Origin: the human T2T-CHM13v2.0 reference genome, Homo sapiens
Length of the DNA stretch: 64,000 bases
Assembly (NCBI RefSeq): GCF_009914755.1
Contig: NC_060937.1
Direction: 5' to 3' (one strand)
This document shows, piece after piece, positions 1-17,970 of the stretch (its first letter is position 1; each line of letters begins with the position of its first letter). Position numbers and translations under genes: made by a program. Under the pieces are notes generated by a model. That model saw only the letters and a list, made by a program, of their open reading frames with translations, had not been told where the DNA came from and did no database searches.

Positions 1-655
<655 letters not shown>

Positions 656-1762
656 TATATATATATATATGGTGTGTGTATATATGTAAATGTGTGTATA
701 TGTATATATATATGTGTATGTGTGTGCATACACACACAATTCTCTATAACTAGTGCTATCATACTTAATGCTTTAATAAGGTTAAATACATAATAAATAC
801 AATCGTTCATTTTGTCTTTAACAGTACAATCCAACTCAAGTCATCCTTCCAAACCAGGTACAAAAATATCATAGGATATTTTTGTATCAAATATAAACTT
901 TTTGTATCAAACAAAAATTTTTATCCTTAGGGTATTTTGGGGTTCTGGCCGTTTGTTGTGCCAGATATAATACCACTTGATAAGACTTTCAGCTTCATCC
1001 CATCCCATCCTGCAACAATGTTTTCAGTAGGGCGGGATCCGTGGCTCCCAATCAAGTCCTGACAATCTGATCTCATGGCAGGGCCCACACAAGAAAAAAA
1101 AAAAGAGCATTTTATTTCGTGCAACTTTTATGGCCCTGAGAATCTCCGACACCCCACCCCCTCAACACACAATCAATCAATTGATCTCCCTCTCCCTCCC
1201 TCTCTCCCACCTCCACACCATCTATGAGAAAGAGGAGGGGGAAGAAGGTGGAAGAAAAGGCACGAGTAGAGAAAGTAGATCCGATGTAAAGCAGGCACCT
1301 AAAAAAGGTGAGATGTATTTCTCCAAAGCCCAGATCAGGGACGCTGCTACAGACAGCCAGTGGAGAATGCCTCTAACATTAACGCTTTAGTAACCACTTA
1401 CAAGAACTTCCCCTGTCTACTGCTTAATTTCAAATAACCCAACAAGTCCATTTAATTACTTTGTATTATTTAAAGACATCTAGGATTTCTTTAAATAATA
1501 AAAGGGAAACAAACGCGTTTTAACATCATTTTGCATCACAATGTTAAAAACTTGGGTTAACTCCCTCAGTAAATCTCTAAATCCTTTCCAATCTACTATC
1601 TCTGGCCAGGAAGTCAAAACTTAAATATTAACCAACTAAAATGATCTTCATACTCTGGTCAATTTTGCAGAGCAAAAAATTTAAATAAATAAATAGATCT
1701 TCAATGTGTATCAAGGATGTCCTACTTGGGCCTCACTCTCCCAAACAGAGCTTATTTTCTTC

Positions 1763-1966
<204 letters not shown>

Positions 1967-2679
1967 TTAAATGTTGTAACCAATTTTTCTTCCTCATATT
2001 TATAGATGTTTATCATGGTTTTTCTTAAAAGTTTTTTAAACCACCTTTTCCAAACCTCAAAACAAGCATCTATAATTATAGACAATTATTCTCCTGGCTC
2101 CATAAACAATTCTATTTTTCCTTCTCCAACTTTCTAATCCTCTCATGAAGCTGGCCAAATGTATTCTACTCCTGACACCAAACAACAAAAAAAGAAACAC
2201 CTAACTGCAGCCTACTTCTTTTGTTTTAATAAACGAATAAACTAGCTTAAGTGAACAGTGGTCTTGGATCACATAAGAATTTCAAAATAAATGATTTAAA
2301 CACTTCAAATATTGTGGGGGGAGGGGGATGGTGCTGGTAAATAAGGGTCAAGTTCTGACTTTCTCATTGAGGTCAAGGTCAAGAAATTACTTTTTTCAGA
2401 TCTATAAAATCTTACCAACTCAGAATCCTGATTATAGATTATCATCTCCTACTCAATACTTTCCAAATCTACAATGATACAGGAATCCCACTAAAATTCA
2501 GAATAATTAAAAGGAGTTAAGATTTAAGACATAACCAAAAACCAGCCCCTCTCTACAAGGCAGTTGACTGTACAGTTCATGCTTGTATACAGATGGACAG
2601 ACTAAGAACCAACTCTACACTTCTGAGAAAAAAACAAAACAAAACTAACAATGTAAATCTATTCTTTCATTATAACAAT

Positions 2680-2970
<291 letters not shown>

Positions 2971-3162
2971 AAATTTTTAAATGTCATTCCAAAGAACCAT
3001 CTATAATGAAATGTGAAGTTATGTTAAATACATATGTTTAGAAGATACAATGTAACTTTCTAGTTTTTATTTCCACTGTAATGTAACTAACTTCAATTAT
3101 GAATAAAATTCTACATAAGTTTCCATCTCAGGATTTTTGTTCTCTTTAAAGTTACAAAAATT

Positions 3163-4098
<936 letters not shown>

Positions 4099-4177
4099 AC
4101 AAACAGTTGCCAATGTGAAAACTACTCAATGAGATTTAATAAAAATACCGTATTTGGAAAAATTTTTTGTCTTTTTT

Positions 4178-4701
<524 letters not shown>

Positions 4702-5174
4702 TCAATATTTTCTTGATGAAAGAGAAGACTTATTACTAGTCCTAGATTATTATGAAAAACAGCAATATCATGATTAAATTTTTGTTCCTCCTCCCAGTAC
4801 CGTGTTCTATTAATTAGATAAGAAATGGGAATGAACAAAAATAGACATTAAATCAAATGTTTTTTACTTTCTAAAAGTCAAAAATTCTAATGCTTTGTTT
4901 ACCTAATCTACAAATATTTATCTTACTACTTCTATAAATAATTGAATAAAATCTTAAAGGAACTAAAAGAAATAATGGGACTTTTCACTACACAAAAGAT
5001 AATTACCTATACAATGAAATGAGGTGAAATTCTTAGAGCAAATGTCTTAAAGTATGTCATACAACAACTTAAATTAATAATACAAAACAGTTAGAATGCC
5101 CCCACCCCAATAAACTATGGACAAAATACGACTGGACAATTCACAAGAAACACAAATAATAAAATTCAAAAAAA

Positions 5175-6265
<1,091 letters not shown>

Positions 6266-7139
6266 CGGTGGCCATAGAAGCCCTCCTGAGCAGCAGGCAG
6301 AACAGAATCCGCTATAGCAATCAGCCTGCTGGAGAAGCCTCTGCCCCTGTGGCCTGAGGTTCCAGTTTCCCCAGGTGACACCATGGGCAGGTGGGCTGAA
6401 GAAGTGGGAAGGTCAAATCAACTGGCCCAGCCAGGATGTCTCTTTGATGATACAAGTGATACCGGTCTAAGCCTCCTCTCTTCCACAGGGGAAACTAGGT
6501 GGCCCAAAGGGTGCCCAGAGGCAGGGGACCTGCTACAGCAGCCACCTTCCTGAGAGGTTCCCTTTCTTCCCCTTGGTGAACTCCCTCCAACACACAGCTT
6601 GCCAGGAAAGCACCCTGTGTCTTACATGGGGGGATCCCATGACACCAAAACCCAGCCAAAGAAGCCTTTTGTCCCTTAAGGGTTATCACAACCAAAAACA
6701 AAAAGATACACAAATAGTAAGCCCCTAAATTCTGTTAAGAATGAAACAATGCTGCCACTCACACCTGGCTCAGATGCCAGCAGAAGGAGGGCACCCTCCA
6801 GAGACCAGAGACCACAGGAGAAAGGGGAGGACTCCTCCTTGCCCTGGCTGCACCTCCACCACTGTCACTGAGGCCTGCAGTACAGAACCAGCAGCTTCTT
6901 ACCCACCCCAGGCCAGGCCGGGCCCCAAAGCTCTCCTACTTCCCCTTCCTGGCCCCTAGACTTGCTGCTGCTGCCACCATTAGTGCCGACGCCAAAGGAA
7001 TCAGCGCTGCTGTCACCCTCCATGCACCTGCCCACCCTCCATGGATCCTACCACTTGGCCTCCACGGGTACCCTCCTATTGCTCCTGTTGAGCTGCTGTC
7101 TCCATCACTGTGGCTGCCACAACCTCAGAAGATGAATCA

Positions 7140-7241
<102 letters not shown>

Positions 7242-7779
7242 CTACAATAGGATGCAGAAAGTGGCAGTGTTAGAGCCTCACCCTGTCATGCTGCCCACTG
7301 GGTGGCTGGGGCCGGTTTCAGCGAAGGCACTCACACCCACCCTCCAAAGTCCAGCCTCTCCTCCTAGACCAAGCTGGCCTCCTGACCTGGGGTGGGGACT
7401 GGAGACACCACAGTGTCCGTGGCTCCTTGGGGAGCAAGAACAGCAGAAACTCAGACCCAGCCAGTCCTCCCAACCCAAGTACCAGTTCCCATTCCTTACT
7501 CCTCCACCCACAGGACCCTGAGCCCCCGTGGTGCCCACTACTCCATGTCTGGGGCTCCCAGATGGTCCCCACAACACAGAGCAAGAGGGCAAGGGCCGGG
7601 TAACCATGGTGGGTGTGAGGGCCCTGCGGTGGTCAGAGGATTGCCGCAAAAACTCTGTGCACCCTCCGCGCTCCAACACGAGCAGAAGTTGTTCACACTC
7701 TAGAGCCTTGAGTCCGGGAAGAGGAGAAGGGCCCCTTCCTCAGAGGCCACCACTGTCGTGGCCACCTCCACAACCTGCT

Positions 7780-8525
7780 GCTGGAAGCAGCAGTGCAGCT
7801 TCCCCCCATAGCGCCCCTAACCTGCCCCCTCCACCACAAGCTTAGCCCCCGGATTGTGCCCACAACACACCCAGAGACTGCTGCAGGCAGTGTAACACTG
7901 ATAGCGCCCCCAAACGAACCCTCTGCTCCTGGCAGTGTAACACTCGATAGTGTCCACAACCCATCCCCGCCACGGGTGTTGCAGCACCAAATAGCACCCC
8001 ATCAAACCCGCCCCCCACCCGGACCACAAGCAGTATAGCCCCAGATAGCGCCCCCAGTCTGCTCCTGTCACAGGCAGTGAACGCCCGGGGTAGTGCACCC
8101 AACAAACCCCTGGACCCCACCTTCCCCTTTCCCCCACAGACAATGCAACATTTCACAGCTCCCCTAAAGCACCCCTGACTGCCTGCCAGTTGGCATTGTT
8201 GCTGACATTGTAGCTCACGATAGCTCACCAAACCCACCCCCTGCATCGGCCAGTGTAGCAGCTAATAATGCCCCTAATCCCCCACCACCCGCCGCTGGCA
8301 GTGGACGATGGCACACACAACCTACCTCCAACCCCCCGCCACCTTAGGCAGTGTAGACTCTGATAGCGCAGCAAACCTGCCCCACTGCCAGCAATTCAAC
8401 ACCTGATAGTGCCACCCACCAGCCCCCCACGGCAGGCAGTGCAGCTCCAAAAGCACACCAAACCCGCTCCCCCACCACCCCGCAAGCGGGCAGTGCAGCT
8501 GCAGAGAGCGAACCTACCCTGCCAC
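7780..8525. repeat. Degenerate C-rich tandem repeat, ~45-50 bp unit (gcagtgtarc...gatagcgcccccaacc)
   Basis: atagcgcccc-like motifs at ~7808, 7901, 7947, 7991, 8045, 8091; gcagtg motifs recur to ~8490. Confidence 0.75.
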
Positions 8526-8774
8526 CTTTCTACTACTCTAACAGAGATGCAGTCTCCGTCGCCACCTCCAACCACAGCCAGGTGAGCCGTGGTGGCCAAG
8601 GATCCAGCCGCCAGCGTTGGGCACGGTCCCCACCTTCTCCTAGACCTCTAGCCGGTCAAGAGCAGCTCCAGCTGCCAGCCACCCTCCTACCGCTCAGGCT
8701 GCACTCTTACCGCTCCGGCTGCCATCTTACTGCTCCAGCCCCAATCCTACTGCTCAGGCTGCCCTCCTAACACT

Positions 8775-9340
8775 CCAGCTGCGCTGCCATCTCTGTTGCC
8801 ACCACCATCCAGAGTGAGACGAGCCACGGTGTTACAGGCTCCAGCCTCCAGCTCCCCCTTCTCCTGGTCCTCTAAGCCGGGAACAGAGCAGCTCAGCGGG
8901 AGATACCGGAGACCCTAAACTGGCGTGAGGCCTACTCAGCATGCACATGGGGTTACGCGCATGGTTTCTGGACTACGTGTTCTGATTGGGTGAGAGAAAA
9001 TCTCTAGGCCTTCTCTGATTGGACTTTATTTTCATACACTGATTGGTTGTCCTAAGACTTTCTTTCATCCAATCAGAACATGATAACAAAGTCCAATCAG
9101 AGTAGGCCTCTGGGCTTTCTCTTATCCAATCCTGGAACGTGTAGTCCACGAACCGCATATGCATAACTTCAGTACATAAATGGTGCTGAAGAAGAGTCAG
9201 GCTTTCCAGGTTCTTCTGTGTCTGCTCACTGAGCTGCTCCGAGCCCGGCTTAGAGGACCAGGACAGACTGGAGGCTGTAGCCTGCTGCACCGTGGCTGGC
9301 CTCCTTGCAGTTGGTGGCAACAGACACTGTAGTGTGGCTG
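8775..9340. promoter_or_regulatory. Imperfect palindrome forming a putative symmetric bidirectional CCAAT (NF-Y-type) promoter
   Basis: ATTGG at 8985, 9018, 9042 and CCAAT at 9069, 9093, 9126, all symmetric about 9057.5. The arms are reverse complements (cctggtcctctaagccggg vs cccggcttagaggaccagg). Promoter function is inferred. Confidence 0.65.
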
Positions 9341-10650
9341 GAAAGGTAGGAAGGGGAAAATAGTGTTGGGATAGATGGAAGGGTAAAGAGGGTGGTTAGT
9401 GCCAAAAGGAAAAAAGGATGGCGAGCCGGAGAAGGCATTGCATAAAGACGGTAAGGAAAAGATGCTGGGAAAAAAAAATTGGGGGGTAGATGGAGGGGGA
9501 AAAACAGGGTGGTGAACAGGAGGGAGGGAAGGTTTCACAGAAAGATGGTGGGGAAAAAGTTTTTGGGTAAATGGAAGGGGGTAAGAGAGGGTCGTGAGAG
9601 GGGAACAGGGATGAGCAGGAAGGAGAGAAGGTTTGCAAAAATATGGTGGGGAGAGAAGAAAGGGAAAGAAGACTGTGGGTAAAAAGATTTTGAGTAGATG
9701 GAGGGGGGAAAAGGGTGACAAGTGGGAGGAGAAAAGAGGTTGCAGAGAGGGAGGGGGAAAAGAGACTGGGGAGCAGGAGGGAGAGAAGGTTTTGCAAAAA
9801 GACAGTGAGGAGAGAAGCTTTTGGGTAGATGGGGGGGGAAAGAGGGTGGCCAGTGGGAGAAGGGTAAAGAGGGTGGCGAGCGGGAAAGAGAAAAGGTTTT
9901 GCGAAAAGACGATAGGCAGAAAAGAAAGTGTAGAAAGAAAAGACAGTGGGTAAAAAGTGTTTGGGTAGATGGAGGGGAAAAAGAGGGTGGCAAGCGGGAG
10001 GAGAATAGAAAGTGTGGCCAGAGGAAGTGGGGAAAGAGGACTGGGAAAACGGCGATGGGGAAAATAGTTTGGGGTAGATGGAGGGCAAAAAGAGGGTGGC
10101 AAGCAGGATAGAGGAAAGAAGAGGGCGAGCGGGAAGAGGGGAAGGCTTTGTGAAAAGATGGCAGGGAAAAATTGGGGAGGTAGATGGGTTAAAAGAGCAT
10201 GGTGAGCAGGAGTAGAGAAGAGGCTTTGCAAAAAGACGGCGGGAAAATGTTTTTGGGTAGATGGAGAAGGGAAAGTGTGGCAAGGAGGAAGGGAAAAAAG
10301 ACGATAGGGAAACAGTTTTTGGGTAGACGGAAGGGGAAAGAGAGGGTGGCGAGCAGCAGGAGTGGGGAGAAGGCTTTGGGAAAAGATGAGGGAAATGTTT
10401 TTGGGGAGATGAAGGAGCAAAAGAGGATGATGAGAGCGGGAGGCGGAATAAAGGGTGGCCAGAGAGAGGGAGAAAAGACGGTGGGGAAAAGTTTTGGGGT
10501 AGATGGGTGGGGAAAACGGAAGTGAGCGGTATAGTATAGAAGGCTTTGCAAAAAGACAGTGGGGAAAAAATGGTGGGGAAAAAGTTTTGGGGTAGATGGA
10601 GGAAGAAAAAGGGTGGCGAGAGAGGGAGCCAAAGACGGTCGGGAAAAAAA
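9341..10650. repeat. Purine/G-rich degenerate tandem repeat (motifs ttttgggtagatggagggg, aagagggtggc, aaggctttgcaaaaagac), irregular 65-140 bp period
   Basis: About 13 recurrences of gggtagatgg-like motif; very few C on + strand. Confidence 0.85.
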
Positions 10651-10707
10651 TTCCTCCTGTTACTGATTTTTTAATACTCTTCCATTCCGGGCAGAAAAAA
10701 TAATTAA

Positions 10708-11030
<323 letters not shown>

Positions 11031-11539
11031 GGATGTTGAATTTTATTGAATGTTTTTATCTGCATCTATTGAGATAATCATATGATTTTTGTTTTAAATT
11101 CTGTTTATGTGGTAAATCACATTTATTGATTTGCATATGTTAAATAGTCCTTGCATCTCAGGAATAAAACCTATGTAATCACGATGAATTACATTTTTGA
11201 TATGCTGATGGATTTGGTTTGCTAGCATTTTGTTGAGGATATTTGCATCTATGTTCATCAGATATTGGCCTGTAGTTTGTTGTTGTTGTTTCCTTGCTAG
11301 ATTTTAGTGTCAGGATGATACTGGTTTTGTAGAATGAGTTAGAGAGGAATTCCTTCTCCTCAATGTTTTAGAATGGTTGCAGTAAGATTGATACCATCTA
11401 TTTTTTTTGTACGTTTGGTAGAATTCAGCTGTGAATTCATCTAGTCCTGGGCTTCTCCTGCTTGATAAATATTTTTATTACAAATTCAGTTTCATAATTA
11501 ACTACTGGTCTGTTCAGATTTTTTTAAATTTATAGAGAA

Positions 11540-12575
11540 AAAATATTTATTTGGTTTATAGTTGTGCAGGCAGTAGAAGCATGGGACCAGCACCTGCTCA
11601 GGTTTGGGTGAGACCTCAGAAAGCATCCAATCACAGAGGAAGGCAAAGGGAGGGCCAGTGTATCACGTGTCAAGAGAGAAATCAAGAGCAAGAAGGGGAA
11701 CATGGCAGGGTGTTTTAAACAACCAGCTCTCGTGTGACACAACAGAGCAAGGACTCGCTGATTGCCAAGGGGATGGAGCTAAGCAATTTATGAAGGGTCC
11801 ACTCCCATGATTCAACACCTTCCACTAGGCCCACCACCAACATTTAAGATCACATTCAACAAGAGATTTGGAGGGTAAACACATCCAAACAATGTCATTT
11901 CACCCCTATGGCCCCCAAATCTCATGTCCTTCTCATATTGCACAATACAATGTCATTTCATCCCTATGGCTCCCAAATCTCATGTCCTTCTCATATTGCA
12001 CAATACAATTATCCTCCCCCAGTAGTCCCCAAAAATCTCAAGGTGTTTCAGCATCAACTCAAAAGTCCAAAATCTCATCTGAGCTTCAAGGTACATTCCT
12101 CCATCTATGAGCCTATGAGATCAAAACCAACTTATTTGCTTCCAATATTCAATGCAGTACAGGTGTTGGGTAAATATTCCCATTCCCAAATGGAGAAGTT
12201 GGGCAAAAGAAAGGGGCAACAGGCCTCAGGCAAATCTGAAACCCAGTAGGGCAGACATTAAACTTCAAGCTCCAAAATAATTCTTGATTTCATGTCCCGC
12301 ATCCAGGGCACACTTGTGCAAGGGGTGGGTTCCCAAGACCTTATGCAGCTCTGCCTCTGTGGCTTTGCAGTGTACAGTCACCATGGCTGTTATCTTGGAT
12401 CAGAGTTGTGTGCCTGTGGTATTTCTAGGCTCAGGATGAAAGTTTCCCATGGCTCTACCATTCAGGGATCTCGAGGTGGCGGCCCCATTCCCACAGCTCC
12501 AGTATGTAGTGCCCCAGTGGGGACTCTGTGTGGAGGCTTCAATCCCACATTTCCTGTTGGCACTGCCCTAGTGGA
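11540..12575 (-). mobile_element. ERVL-MaLR (MST-like) LTR (~11540-11897) plus adjacent internal sequence (11898-12575), truncated, inside the L1
   Basis: gagatttggagggtaaacacatccaaacaatgtca is the reverse complement of an MST/THE1 LTR start; followed by MaLR-int motifs (agcatcaactcaaaagtccaa, gtgccccagtggggactctgtgtgg); ~58-bp local duplication at 11890-12007. Confidence 0.85.
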
Positions 12576-14071
12576 CTTTTGGTTTCTTTCTGATTCAGTC
12601 TTGGAAGGTGGTGTGTTTGCAGGAATGTATCCATTTTCTCTAGGTTTTCTAGTTTCTGCACACAAAGATATTCTGAGGATCTTTTTTTATGTCGGTGGTA
12701 TCCTTTGCAATGTCTCATTTGTCATTTTTGATTGTGCTTATTTGAATCTTCTTTTTTCTTGCATAATCTAACTAGCAATCTATCATTTGTATGTGTCCTT
12801 GCAAAGAACCAACTTTTTAATTTTGCTGACTCCTTGTATGGTTTTTTTGGTCCTGATTTCATTACCTTATTCTCTAACCTTTGTTATTTCCTTCTACTAG
12901 CTTTGGGTTTGGTCTGTTCTTTTCTAGTGTGTTTGGCTATTTTAGCTTGTTAATTTGAGGTCTTTCTCTCTTTTTATGTAGGCATTTAGTGTTATAAACT
13001 TTCCTCTTAACATTGTTTTTTCTGTATCACAGACGTTTTGGTATGTTATGTTTCTATTTTCATTTGTTTCAGGAATTTCTTTAAATTTCTGCCTTAATTC
13101 TGTCATTTACACAAAAGTCATTCACGAGCAGATTGTTTAGTTTCCATGTACCTCTGTGGTTCTGCGAGTTCTCGATATTGACTTCTAATTTTATTGCACA
13201 GTGGTCTGAGAAGATACTTAATATAGTTATGATTTTTAAAAATTTATTGAGGCTTATTTTATGACTGAGCATGTGGTCAATTTTGGAGAAAGTTCCATGT
13301 GCAAATGAGAAAAATGTACATTCTATGGTTTCTGGGTGGAGTATTCTGTAGATATCTATTAGGTCTGTTTGGTCAAGAGCCCAATTTGAGTCCACAGTTT
13401 CATTGTTAGTTTTCTGCCTAATAATCTGCCTAACTAATCTGCTTACTTCTGTCGGTGGGGTGTTGAAGTCCTCCACGATTATTGTACAGCTGTGTATCTC
13501 TTTTCTTAGGTCTAGTAATATTTATTCTAAAAATCTGGGTGCTCCAATGTTGGCTGCATATATATTTAAGACAGTTAAGTCTTCTTGTTGAATTGAACAC
13601 TTCATCATTATATAATGTCATTCTTTGTATTTTTTTTTTACTGTTGTTAGTTTAATGTCTGTTTTATCTGATACAAGAATAGCAATACCTCTCCTTTTTT
13701 GTTTTTCATTTATGTGATGAATCTTTTTCCATCCATTTACTTTGAGCCTGTTGGTATCATTACACATGAGATGGGTCTCTCAAAGGCAGCAGAAGTGTCT
13801 TGTTTTTTTACCCAGTTTGCCACTCTGTGTCTTTTAAGTGGAGCATTTCAGCCATTTACATTCAAGCTTAATATTGATGTGTTAGGTTTTCTTCCTTTTA
13901 TAGCATTAGCTAGTTACCTTGTAGTCTCAATTGTTTAATTGCTTTATAGGTTCTGTACATTTTGTATTCACGTGTGCTTTTATGGTAGCAAGTATCATTC
14001 TTTTATTTTCACTAGTCAAACTCCTTTAAACATTTCTTTTAGAGTCAGTCTGGAGGTAATGACTTCCCTTA

Positions 14072-14542
<471 letters not shown>

Positions 14543-14886
14543 TTAATTTATAGGTAATTTGGCCCTTTGTTTGGGCTGCCTTTAATATATTTTCTTGTGC
14601 ATTGACCACGGCTATTCTAATGACTGTGGATGCCTTAGGAATGGGCATCTTATTTACTATCCCACAGGTGTTCTCTGAATTTCTTATATCTGAATGTCAA
14701 CCTTTCTAGCAAGACTAGAGAACTTTTCCTAAATTATTCCCTTAAATATACTTTCCTAGTTGGTTACTTTTTATTCTTCTGTTGTAGGAATGCCAATAAG
14801 TTATAAGTTTGGTCACTTTACATAATCCCATATTTCTTAAGGGCTTTGTTTTTCAGTTTTTTTTTCTTTTATTTTATTTATTAAGA

Positions 14887-15380
14887 TTAAGTGGGGCTGC
14901 ACGGCCAGACAAGCCCTGCTCCTGAGGCCGGGCAGGCTGCGCGCCTGCGATCCTGCGCCTTTGGTCCTGGGGCAGCCCGGACCAGCTCAGGAGAACCCGC
15001 GAGCCCAGCGGCGACTGCCCTGGGCTGGAGCCCCACCTGCCCGCGCGCCGCCTGGGAGCGGCTTCTGGGAGCCGGGCGGCCCCTGCCGTGCAGGGGCGCT
15101 GCTACTGCCCTTGCGAGGCTCACTGGGTCTAAGAGGTCGGAGGCTGGGAGTGTCGCTGCTGAAGGCTGTAGTGGACCGGCTGGATGGCGGATTCTGCGCT
15201 AGATCGCAGATTTGGGATCGCGGATGGGGGATTGGATCGCGGATTGGGGGTTGGAGCGGGAATTTGGAGCTGGATCGGGGATTTGGGGCTGGATTGGGGA
15301 TTTGGGGCTAGGTGGGGGGCGGTGAAAAGGTGACACAGAGTTGTCGCGGCTCAGGAGCCGGTGGTTGGGTGTCTGAGAAG
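14887..15380 (+). pseudogene. ANKRD20A: CpG-rich promoter/5'UTR fragment of the ANKRD20A (ANKRD18/20A) family, truncated before the ATG
   Basis: ggtgaaaaggtgacacagag...ggagccggtggttgggtgtctgagaag matches my recollection of the sequence just 5' of the ANKRD20A start codon. This is a family-level call from memory, not a search. Confidence 0.62.
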
Positions 15381-15902
<522 letters not shown>

Positions 15903-17970
15903 GAGCCCAGGAGTTTGAAACCAGCCTGGGCAACATGGCAAAACCCCATCTCTACAAAAAATACAAAAAATTAGCCGGGCATGGTGGCACATACCTGTAG
16001 TTCTAGCTACTTGGGAGGTTGAAGTGGTTCTGCCTGGGAGGATCACCTGAGCCTGGGAGTTTGAGGCTGCAGTGAGCTGTGATTGTGCCACCGTGCTCCA
16101 GCCTAGGTGATGGAGTAAGACCCTGTCTCAAGAAAAAAAAAATCAGAACAGTTTCTCCCGGGAAGGTATACAAATGGCCAATAAGCACATGAAAAGATAC
16201 TCAACCTCATTAGCCATCAGAACAAATGCAAATCAAAACCAAAATAAGATACCGCTTCAGGGGAGCAGTGGTTCACACTTGTAATCCCAGCACTTTGGGA
16301 GGCCAAGGCAGGCCAATTGCTTGAGGCCAGGAGTTCAAGACCAGCCTGGGCAACATGGTGAGACTCTGTCACTGCAAAAAAATAAAAAATTAGCAGCTGG
16401 GCACGGTGGCTCATGCCTGTAATCCCAGCACTTTGGGAGGCCGAGGAGGGTGGAGCACGAGGTCAGGAGTTCAAGACCAGCCTGGCCAACATAGTGAAAC
16501 CCTGTCTCTACTAAAAATACAAAAGTTAGCTGCATGTGGTAGCACATGCCTGTAATCCCAACTACTCAGGAGGCTGAGGTGGGAGAGTCACTTGAACCCA
16601 GAAAGCAGAAGTTGCAGTGAGCTGAGACCACACCATTGTCCTCCAGCCTGGGTGACAAAGTGAGACTCTGTTTGAAAAAATAAAATAAAATAAAATAAAA
16701 TAAAATAAATAAAAATTAGTAGGGTGTGGTGGCATGCACCTGTAATCCCAGCTACTTGGGAGGCTGAGGTGTGAGGATCACCCCAGGAGGTCAAGGCTGC
16801 AGTGAGCTGTGATCATACCACTGCACTCCAGCCTGGACGACAGAGCGAGACCCTGTCTCAAAAAAAAGAGCTATCAGGCTGGGCGTGGTAGCTGTCACCT
16901 GTATTCCCAGCAGTTTGGGAATACAGTGCTGGGAGGCGGGTGGATCACCAGGTCAGGAGTTCAAGACCAGCCTGGCCAAGATAGTGAAACCCCATCTCTA
17001 CTAAAAATACAAAAATTAGCCGGGCATGGTGGCAGGTGCCTGTAATCCCGGCTGAGCCAGGAGAATCACTGGAACCCAGGAGGTGGAGGTTGCAGTGAAT
17101 TGAGATTACGCCATTGCACTCCAGCCTGGGCAACAGAGCAAGATTCTGTCTCAACAAAACAAAAAGTTCTGATTTCATTTTAACCAGTACAAGATACAGG
17201 AAGGGAAGCTGCCCAGTGACGTTCTTGCTATTCAGCCATGGCCTCAAGGCAGCATTATTCATAACCATGAGTAGCGTGGCCTTTCTGAACAGCTTCTGAA
17301 AAGCACGTTTGTTACTGCAGCTTTGCAGTTTACCTCCTTCTATGTTCAGGGCTCAAACCCCGTTTAACACACGCCCCCTACTGGGCCATTGAGAACTGCT
17401 AGTCTCTTCAGGTCCCCTTCCATGCAGTGTGCAGGCTCCCTGTGCACAACTCCCCTCCTCCTGTCCCTAGGGCTCCGCCTGAGCTCACATTCTGGCCTGC
17501 ACTGCCAGATCTCCCTACAGCCTCTCACCAGCTCCGTCATCCTCTGATCTGCCCCAGAGGCACATCTCTAAGAACACTAATGCCATCACTCAAAAACATT
17601 TGACTGGAAGCCAGGCACGGTGGCTTGGGCATGGTGGCTCATGCCTGTAATCCCAGCACTTTGGGAGGTGGAAGCTGGCAGATCACTTGAGGTCTGGAGT
17701 TCAAGACCAGCCTGGCCAACATGGTGAAACCCTATCTCTACTAAAAATAAAAAACTAGGCCAGGCACCGTGTCTCACGCCTGTAATCCCAGCACTTTGGG
17801 AGGCCGACATGGGTGGATCACGAGGTCAGGAGATGGAGACCATCCTGGCTAACACAGTGAAACCCTGTCTCTACTAAAAATACAAAAAATTAGCTGGGCA
17901 TGGTGGCAGACGCCTGTAGTCCCACATACTCGGGAGGCTGAGGCACGAGAATGGCATGAACCTGGGGAGG
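15903..17970 (+). mobile_element. Alu cluster: 5'-cut AluJ (15903-16142), L1 fragment (16145-16260), AluJ with nested AluS (16262-16870), Alu (16877-17165), left monomer plus 3'-cut AluY (17611-17970)
   Basis: Alu motifs; atacaaatggccaataagcacatgaaaagatactc is L1 ORF2 3' sequence. Confidence 0.9.

Noticed and set aside
927-1390. Two short non-repeat ORFs
   Set aside because: No recognisable domain and no convincing paired splice sites
9197-10420. 407-aa ORF (longest in the track) and overlapping ORFs
   Set aside because: Reads the pyrimidine strand of the G/A-rich repeat, where stops are compositionally rare; P/F/L/S low complexity, open in several frames
13081-13476. Endonuclease-like ORF
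   Set aside because: Fragment of a dead L1 ORF2, surrounded by stops and frameshifts; not a gene
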